NCBI GenBank assembly: GCA_964016885.1
Contig: OZ024740.1
Location: 427,986,001 to 428,050,000 of the forward strand
Source of the DNA: Eledone cirrhosa
Lineage: Eukaryota
Direction: 5' to 3'
DNA: 64,000 nucleotides
Shown: in pieces, positions 55,439 to 64,000 of the stretch
Layout of the letters: each line of letters starts with the position of its first letter
Numbering within the stretch: the first letter of the stretch is position 1
Position numbers and translations under genes: made by a program
Notes under the pieces: generated by a model
The model's database searches: none
What the model was told of the DNA's origin: nothing
The model's input: the letters and a program-made list of their open reading frames with translations, nothing else

Positions 55439-56649
55439 ATATATATTACATACGACATCTTACTCAACATGGTTCAATATGATCCAGATGTTATTGTGAC
55501 TTATTTACTACCTAACTTATTCAATAAATTGATTGTTCTAACTTTGATTTAAAGGAAATCCTGGAATAATTTCATTTCAATGTAATTGATTAACAGAATG
55601 AATTATTAAACAGATTTTTCCAACTAACTAATTGTTTTACTAAAAATAACGATACACTTTACTCCCAAACCAATACCGTTCTTGTAACCATTTTATGTGG
55701 TATAACCAGAATTGGGTAGTTGTAATTGTAGTGTTCATAGGACCACCAATATTGATAAGAATACTATGGAGACAAGTTAATAATTTTAGCTAACCTTACA
55801 AACGAACCAACGAAGGAAGTCTACGTAGCAAATTTCTCTCTTTCATATATCACACACACACCACCGTCCTTAAAAAGTGAATTCACTGAACAAGGCAGTC
55901 CAGAGAACACAAATAAAGAAGGGGTCATGAATGGAACGGCTTTTATCATAAGAATGCTTGATCAGATTTGACTTTTGTCTGCGAACGACAAAGAACAACA
56001 TAGAACTTGCATGGTTGATTTAGATACTTTTGAGAAGGAACCGATTGATTTACAAAGCAGCTCGGTTCGGAGGCTAATATTTGTAAACTGTCGTAAGATA
56101 GAAGGAATTTAATGATAATTTGATACAGCTAAGGTATCGTACCAAAAGGTAAGTATCCTTCCATTCATCTTAACATCTACTCAGTGTATGTCCGTGAAAC
56201 ATACATATACACCAGATCCGAACACAAAGGAACCAAACCTCCAGTCACTACCTCCGTCTCTCCCCATCTCTCACTATAGAACTTTATATATTAAAATGGC
56301 TGGAAGATAATACTGTTGAGAAAGAGATGAGGTTGTTTTGTTTCAAGTTTATTTAAATACTCTGTAAATTAGTTTTGGAGTTGCTGTAAAATGTTACGCC
56401 ATTGACATTTATGGAGTTTCTATCATAAAATGTTTGCATACTAAGTGTTGTTGCTTAGTTTAAGTCTGTTCTTTATCGAACAGACTTACAATCAAACGAG
56501 TTTAAATCATAATCAACTCGATCATTTTAGAGCTCTGTTAAAGAGAGTAGGGTGGGGATTGGAGGGGAATTTGGCTGCTACTTCTTGCAGGTCTAAAACA
56601 TCCATAGATGTTCACTCGTTGGATCCTTTACACAGAGGTTGTTACATTT

Positions 56650-56852
56650 TACGAGGGTCGGCTGAAAAGTTCATATGCTGACTAAGATACTCTCATGGAA
56701 TGATCAAATGAGGTTTATTTTTCAATATAGTCCCGGGAAGAAAAGAATACAGTTGTTTTGTAATAAGAGTTGATATTAATGCATGCAAGATTTCACAGCT
56801 CTAGCATCACGCCTTCATAGTCAGCCTATGAACGTTTCAGCCCTCCCTCGTA
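56650..56852. mobile_element. Mariner-type MITE with TA target duplication
   Basis: TA-CGAGGGTCGGCTGAAAAGTTCATA ... TATGAACGTTTCAGCCCTCCCTCG-TA. Confidence 0.9.
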
Positions 56853-57145
56853 CCAAATACACTGGAAACTCGTCTTTAACTACAGTAACATTAAAAAAAC
56901 AGGAAAGGTGGACATTGGCGGCTTCGTGTTTGATATTAGAGTTCTTTCGGTGGAAGTAGCTGTAGATCAATTGGTTAGTTTAAAAGATAAATACAACTTT
57001 TTATCTGATGTTGTGTCTCTTATTGCTCTTAAGTCCTGCGTCACCCCAAATTGAGCAGATATTTAGCCAAAAGCTTTCTAACCACAACTTTACCGCTTGA
57101 TATATTACAGGCTACACTGTACCTTTTCATTATTATTTTTTTAAG

Positions 57146-57312
57146 GGCGGTGAATTGGCAGTATCGGTAGATTCTTTCTAGCATAGTTAGGTCCCCTTAC
57201 GGTCTGAGTTCAAATTCTGTGGAGGTTAAATTTGCCTTACACCCTAATGGGGTCGATAAAATAAAGTACCAGTAATGTACTGCTTAATTGCTGGCCTTGT
57301 ATAGAAACAATT
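57146..57312 (+). mobile_element. tRNA-derived SINE, diverged
   Basis: Same head and central domain as the copy at 55250. Confidence 0.8.
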
Positions 57313-57904
57313 ATTATTTTGTTATTAAGATGATAGCGATAAGATATTGATCGAAGGATATTTAGCTTCTATTTCTAACAAGTCGAGTATCCAAATAAGA
57401 GGCTCATTCGTTGGTTAGTTTTATCTCCAATAAATGTTTCTTGTATTGAATATGAAACATTCAGATCTTAACTGAGCTGTGTGTATTAGCTGAAACTCGC
57501 CGTTTAGTTGCAGTCGACAAGATATTTGATTTATACAACATCGACCATGACTGTAGCAAGTAAATAAAGCTGACAAACAATAATATCCCGAGGCTGATTA
57601 TCTAATATTAGATTTGACAACATGTGTTATAAGGAGGAGAGATAGATTTCTTTCTATGAATAAATCCAATATGGCTACCGCTTTTTCAATTGATGAAGAG
57701 CAAAGTGTTTAACATGTAGAGGGAATTGTGAAACGTCAAATATTGTCCCCTATCTTGTTTCACATCATAAAAATAAGTGATATTAATTCTATTTCAGCTA
57801 ACAGAGTAACTTTTCCATTGTTGTTATTACTCTTCTATTTTATTGTATTGGTCTGTTACAACTGTTACTGTCTTTGTGGTAGCAGTAGTAACAGACTACA
57901 TCTC

Positions 57905-57939
57905 TAGTAGTAGTGGTAGTAGTAGTGGTAGTGGTAGTG

Positions 57940-57974
<35 letters not shown>

Positions 57975-58053
57975 GGTGGTCGTCGTCGTCGTCATCGTCG
58001 TCGTCGTAGTAGTAGTAGTAGTAGTGGTGTTGGTAGTGGTGGTGGTGGTAGTG

Positions 58054-58103
<50 letters not shown>

Positions 58104-58110
58104 GGTATTG

Positions 58111-58158
<48 letters not shown>

Positions 58159-58215
58159 ATGGTGGTAGTAGTAGTAGTAGTAGCAGTAGTAGTAGTATTA
58201 GTAGTAGTAGTAATG

Positions 58216-58281
<66 letters not shown>

Positions 58282-58609
58282 ATGGTGGTAGTAGTAGTAG
58301 TAGTAGCAGTAGTAGTAGTATTAGTAGTAGTAGTAGTAGTAGTAGAATTAGGAGTAGTAGTAGTAGTAGTGTTAGTAGTAGTAGTGTTAGTAGTAGTAGT
58401 AGTAATAGTAGTAGTAGTAGTAGGAGTAGTAGTAGTAGTAGCAGTAGTAGTATAGCACCACGTCAGCCTTAGAGAAGGCAGAACTATGATGGCAGACATT
58501 CTAGCCGCGACCACCTCTATATGCCGAGAACTCAAAAGGAAGAAATCCAAGAGACAGCAGTGATGTGACAGCTATTTCTAGCAGGTAGAACAACCAGATA
58601 GACCGCGTT

Positions 58610-58685
<76 letters not shown>

Positions 58686-58764
58686 GTGGGGGTGGGGTGG
58701 GGGTGATAGTGGGTGACGTAGTAGCAATAGTAGTAGTAGTAGCAGTTGTAGTAGTAGCAGCAGC

Positions 58765-58826
<62 letters not shown>

Positions 58827-58855
58827 CTACAGCAACAGTAGCAACAGTAGTAGTG
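57905..58855. repeat. Two (TAG)n/(TGG)n trinucleotide tracts (57905-58452, 58612-58855)
   Basis: Read directly from the sequence. Confidence 0.97.
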
Positions 58856-59199
58856 GTATATTCTGTTATATATATTTTTGTATATCCTTTTTTGTTTATA
58901 TCTGTTGACCAGATAGATTATTAATAGTGATAGATGTACTATATACACCATTTGATATGAAATGATATCAAATAGAAGATGATAATTAGATTTTGTCGGT
59001 AATGTATTCTATAGATACTCGTCCCGAACGTAGATACTAGAGTATGATAAATGATAAATCCCACACCGCCATCATAGCCTCGCTGACATCACAGATTATT
59101 GCCGTCATAAATGTCACCAGCTGCAAATATAAAGACGTCTCCCAAGACAAACGGTCAGCACAACTTTTGGCCTTTACTTTTCTTATTTCTTTCCATCTT

Positions 59200-59355
59200 C
59201 CTTTCGTTCTTTCGTTCTTTCGTTCTTTCGTTCTTTCGTTCTTTCTTCTTCTTCTTCTTCTTCTTCTTCTTCTTCTTCTTCTTCTTCTTCTTCTTCTTTC
59301 CATACTCATATTCATAAAATGAGTGCGTACGTGTGTGCATATATATGTGTAGCAT

Positions 59356-59421
<66 letters not shown>

Positions 59422-59440
59422 CAGTAGTAGTAGTAGAAGT
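59200..59440. repeat. (TTCG/TTCT)n, (TTC)n and (TAG)n microsatellites
   Basis: Read directly from the sequence. Confidence 0.95.
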
Positions 59441-59949
59441 AGTGAACTGTCAAATATATCGCCTTTTACAGAGCATCGCTGTTGTAAACAGTTTCAAGTA
59501 GTTTAACATAAAAACAATATATATTGTTTCCCCATGTAGAGCAGAGTCTTGTCCTGACGGGGTTATATTATTACATCACAACAAACAATGAATGCTGACA
59601 GTTCAATTTCATAATTACATGCCGCTATTGGCTTTCTTCGACATAATCTATTTGGAATAGGTAGTGTCGTAAAAATGCTTTCAACGCATCCTATTTATGA
59701 TGCTCTACGTTGGCATAAACGGCATAAATTCCTAGCAATCCTATTTCTCCGGCTTCTAGTATTTATGACAAACGAACAAGTAGCTTCAATATTCAACATT
59801 GCAATTTATGTTACGTTGGAACTTTTAAGAGTAAAATAAAAATTTAAAACAATGATTTTCACATTGCCTTGCGTTTTATTGTTGCTTAGGTTGCATATCA
59901 TTTCAGTTTATTATTGCGATTATTATTAATAGTATTAGTAGTACCTTCA

Positions 59950-59975
59950 TATATGTATATATATATGTGTATATA

Positions 59976-60023
<48 letters not shown>

Positions 60024-60133
60024 TGTGTGTGTTTATATATATGTATATATATATATGTGTGTGTGTTTATATATATTTATATATATATATATATGTTTGT
60101 GTGTGTTTATATATATGTTTGTGTGTGTTTATA

Positions 60134-60188
<55 letters not shown>

Positions 60189-60251
60189 TTATATATATGT
60201 ATATATATATATATATATGTATATATATGTGTGTGTGTGTTTATATATATG

Positions 60252-60282
<31 letters not shown>

Positions 60283-60287
60283 TTATA

Positions 60288-60338
<51 letters not shown>

Positions 60339-60357
60339 ATGTGTTTGTGTGTGTATA
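59950..60357. repeat. Alternating (TA)n/(TG)n compound repeat
   Basis: Read directly from the sequence. Confidence 0.95.
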
Positions 60358-60582
60358 TCTTGTTTCCATTTAATTTTATGCTTCTGATACTTTCCACGTA
60401 TTTTTCACTTTGATAAATTGGTGGCAGCGCCTTTTATGGCAGAGAAATTAAGAAGGAAGGAAATTGCTGCTAGGGGTACCTAATGGAATCTTAGGAACAT
60501 ATATACTGATATCGAGAAAAACATCATTCTGACATTTTGCTACTTGCTTTATATAAAATATTCGTAAATTCTTACGACGTTA

Positions 60583-60800
60583 GTGCTCGGCTCGATCGCC
60601 ATGGAATTGGCTATGACAATACAGCGTTCATCTAAACAGTTAATAGCATTTGAAATGGAATCATTCGACACAGAGTTGGCTACCCGCAGGTTTGAACCTC
60701 GCTGGAATGACTCTTCTAATGTGTCTCTCTCACCATCCTCCAGGGAAACGTCTTCTCTATTCTGTCCACCAGCACGTGAGCTCCCATTTGCTTATAGTGA
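60583..60800 (+). mobile_element. Degenerate CRE-type RLE 3' fragment (same subfamily as 22430-22760)
   Basis: Encodes DTELATRRFEPR and contains CACCATCCTCCAGGGAAACG. Shares the 3' end CCAGCACG....CCCATTTGCT with 22733-22756. Confidence 0.7.
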
Positions 60801-62669
60801 CAGATGGGGAGAGCGAGGGAGACGGAAGCAGTGACTGTGGGAATTTGATTCCATTATATTCAGACCTAACATATATGTATATTTCTACTGAGTTTTAACG
60901 TATTGGTTAAAACCTACTAAAACAACACCGAGATCTCCCTCAAACTGCAAATTCATGTAAAAAACTGAAACCACCAGTGAAACAATATTTTCCGATGTCT
61001 CAGGCAATGCTAGTAATAGCAACAACATCTCCCTCAAATCATAAATACATTTAATGTGTTTGCGTCTGGTAAAAATAGCAAAGGAATCAACCGTTAACTA
61101 CATATTCTAGTCTTGTTAACATCTCTCTTAAATTGTTATATTAACTTCATCTCTGGAACTGTAGTCTACATAATTTAATATATTTACCATTCGGTTATGA
61201 TACCAAATTCCATTTGATGATATTTTGCTTGTACTTCTTGTTGTTCCTTCCGTTTAGCCTGAATTAGTAAGATTTTCGATCAAAAGCGTTCCAGGCGTGT
61301 CAATGCTGTTTTCACACAGTTCACAATGTGTCCTTTATTGTATGAACTGGTAGAGTGTAATATGAGGTAATTTGGAATCTATTTCCAGTAGATCTAACTC
61401 ATTCAGAACCCTTCTCTAACACAGATATACAAAATTCCAAACAGTTTCTGCTTCGGAGCTCAAATATCAATTTCTTGGTGCATATTGAGGCGCTGAACTT
61501 GAAAATGACAAGATAATGGAGGGTTAGGTCTAATTCCTTAGATATTTGAGATTTTATGATATAGAAATAAGCGATAACGACACAAAAATGACTCTCACTT
61601 CATGTTGATTACACAGGGTTCCTTAGTCTGCTTCTTGTATTCCAGTTTTGGTGCATCTCTTATAACTGACTGTCAGTAATCTGCTAACTTATTTCGGCTC
61701 CATTTACTCTGAGACCGCTTATACATGGCTTCTCTGAGTTTGAGATCATAGCATCACAATTTGATCAGAAAAAATCCAAGTTTAAATTAAGAAATTGGAT
61801 CTTTAATAACATATTACAGCCGCGATGTTGGTAGGAAAGAAGTATATTTCGTCCTTTAAGCTTTCATAAATTTGAGGGCCGACAAACACACCCTTTTTAA
61901 TTTCTGTTTCACTTAGTTTTGGAAAATTCCTCCCAAGATACTGAAAGACCTGCCTGTCTTATCAATACCTTTTATGGTAAGTTTCATCAACCGCAGTTTG
62001 ATGTGAAACGGGGCAGCAAAATTTTCTCACCATCTACAAGAAGCAGATTTAGCGCATCTTTTACTCAAGGCTCTAGTGAGTTGCAAAGTAGCCAATCTTC
62101 CCTTGCGTAATAAGAATCTTTTTCCTGACTCTCCCATTTACCCCCAAACCAACGGTATATTGTGTAGTCTGGTTTTAGTCCCATCAACAAAGTAACATTT
62201 ACGTCACCACAGATCTGTCACTAATATTTATTGTAATTTATACAGAGCAGAAGTACTTGTATGTTCACGTAAGGTTCCTTCATATCAACAGTATGTACAA
62301 CCGGAATTTAATACGGAGAAGGATGTGCACGCAGATGCTATAAATTAACTTATAAAAAGGGGTGAAGACCCTTAAAAGCCGGGAAAAATGTGCCATTGGT
62401 CGCTATGAGAAATCGAACGCTATATCTAACAGATACTTGGTAGGTGCTTTTAAACATTTGACCAAGGGACCGTGACAACCCAGACAGTCTGAGCACTTCA
62501 TTCTTTGTATAAACTTTACCTTCTCAGCACTTTATAAGTCCGAGTGATGGGCTATGTATACACGAAGTTTATTTGTTTATATTCAGATATTTGTTGACAT
62601 CTGAAAGCTGTTTCAGCTCTCCAGCTAATTTAAGACGGTAATAGTTGTCGCGCTCTTTTCGCTTAATGG

Positions 62670-62793
62670 TTAGCCTGATAATGGAGTTTAGAACCCTCAG
62701 ATAAATGGAAAAAGATGAGTGTTGACGTACATGTACGTCAATACTCATCTTTTTCCATTTATCTGAGGGTTCTAAACCCCATTATCAGGCTAA
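62670..62793. repeat. Loop-less 124-bp palindrome (2 mismatches), centre GTACATGTAC
   Basis: Read directly from the sequence. Confidence 0.92.
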
Positions 62794-62861
62794 AATTCCT
62801 TTAGTCAAAAATACGGTGAAAGCTATTATATATATATGTATATATATACTATTTATATATC

Positions 62862-62898
62862 AGGTGATAATCATATCACAATACAATGCTAAACAATG

Positions 62899-62964
<66 letters not shown>

Positions 62965-62991
62965 CCTCGTATTGTGATATGATTATCACCT
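62862..62991. repeat. 23-bp perfect inverted repeat enclosing a (TA)n tract
   Basis: AGGTGATAATCATATCACAATAC / GTATTGTGATATGATTATCACCT. Confidence 0.9.
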
Positions 62992-63845
62992 CCACATTTT
63001 ACGTCAATCTTTTGTTACAATTTCTTAATACGCGTTATCATTGTTCGTGTTTATTTCAACCTTAACCTTGATCAATCAAACCTATGATCAAGTGCCTTAT
63101 AGGATGTTATGGACTAATTTACATACTATTTAATATGTTTAATACATTTCAAGTATAAGTATATATTGAGCAGTATGTAAGAAAAATAAACCTCATTATT
63201 AAAGGAAACAGAAAAGAAAGAAGAAAGAATATTAAAAGATATAAAAGAAAAGGAAAGAAGAATGAAGCAATGAAAGGGAGAGGAGGGGCCTAGCCTACAG
63301 ACCCGTCGGAGCGGAGACAGAGCACCGACCCAAGGACGAAATGGTAAATGTGTTATAGCGAAGAATGACCAGAGACACTCACTGCAATAGTCACCCCACC
63401 TCACCTCAGGCGGGCCATTAGGTTCATCTATTTTTATAAAGCTAAGATGTGATTTGAAACAGATATTTTAGTATTTCCGTGCAGTTCATATATTTATCCT
63501 GCATGGCCAAGGGCCTCGTTTGTTTTAAAAATGTGAGGGGGACAAACCAACATTTGTTGATTCTTAAAGGAGCATAAATTGCTTATGGTGCCTTTCCTGA
63601 ACCCTGTCACATAAGTAAAGTCTTACACTAATTAAATTTTATATATTCAAATGAAGTTCAGATATAAAAAAAATAAGCTTAAAAAGAATTTATTATATCA
63701 AATAAACAAAAGATAAAACATAGATGTTTGAAAATGTGAAGAGGACTGGTCCCTTGGTACCCCCCCCCCCCTTGAAACAAGGCTCTTGTGTATGGTAGAG
63801 CCATACTTTGTTTTAATACAATGATATGGAATAATTAATAAATCC

Positions 63846-64000
63846 GCCTCCAACTTAGTCGTTTCGGTCACAAATATCAGCCACAGAAGAACGTAAAATA
63901 AACAAATACCGGGGTTTTTCCGGCCGCTTCCTCTTCGCACTGGTCACCGTCGAGACTTCAGGCGTACTTGGACCCCGTACTTCCGAGTTCCTCCGCAAGA
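63846..64000 (+). mobile_element. CRE-type RLE fragment from a more distant subfamily, running off the window
   Basis: Encodes SATEERKINKYRGFSGRFLFALVTVETSGVLGPRTSEFLRK. Confidence 0.8.

Noticed and set aside
57840-58951. Mucin-like poly-Thr, poly-Ser and poly-Val ORFs
   Set aside because: They are translations of (TAG)n microsatellites with no other gene evidence.
63160-63420. Possible 3' end of a LINE on the - strand
   Set aside because: There is no diagnostic motif, only a compositional resemblance.

Overview
This is eukaryotic, AT- and microsatellite-rich intergenic DNA. The SINE and microsatellite make-up suggests a cephalopod such as Octopus (inference only). I can support no intact host gene. 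Bases 1-22429 are a ~458-copy, 49-bp, 53% GC satellite with higher-order repeats. Read on the - strand, its monomer encodes ARR(A/T)(E/K)EAKLSKY(R/Q)SLS, the E..K..KY segment of a restriction-like endonuclease (RLE) from a CRE-type non-LTR retrotransposon. The apparent parent copy sits head-to-head with the array edge at 22430-22760, and four more fragments of this retroelement type occur downstream. The remaining 41 kb holds decayed LINEs (RTE, Tx1/L1, R4/Dong-like, a Penelope-like RT remnant), tRNA-derived SINEs, mariner MITEs and a hAT fragment. It also holds at least six unrelated families of short fold-back elements embedded in (TA)n. These carry type I hammerhead ribozyme folds, with canonical CUGANGA cores and U3-A8 covariant UUGANAA cores. 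One has a 467-nt retrozyme-like monomer. Family assignments come from remembered motifs read by eye, not from database searches.
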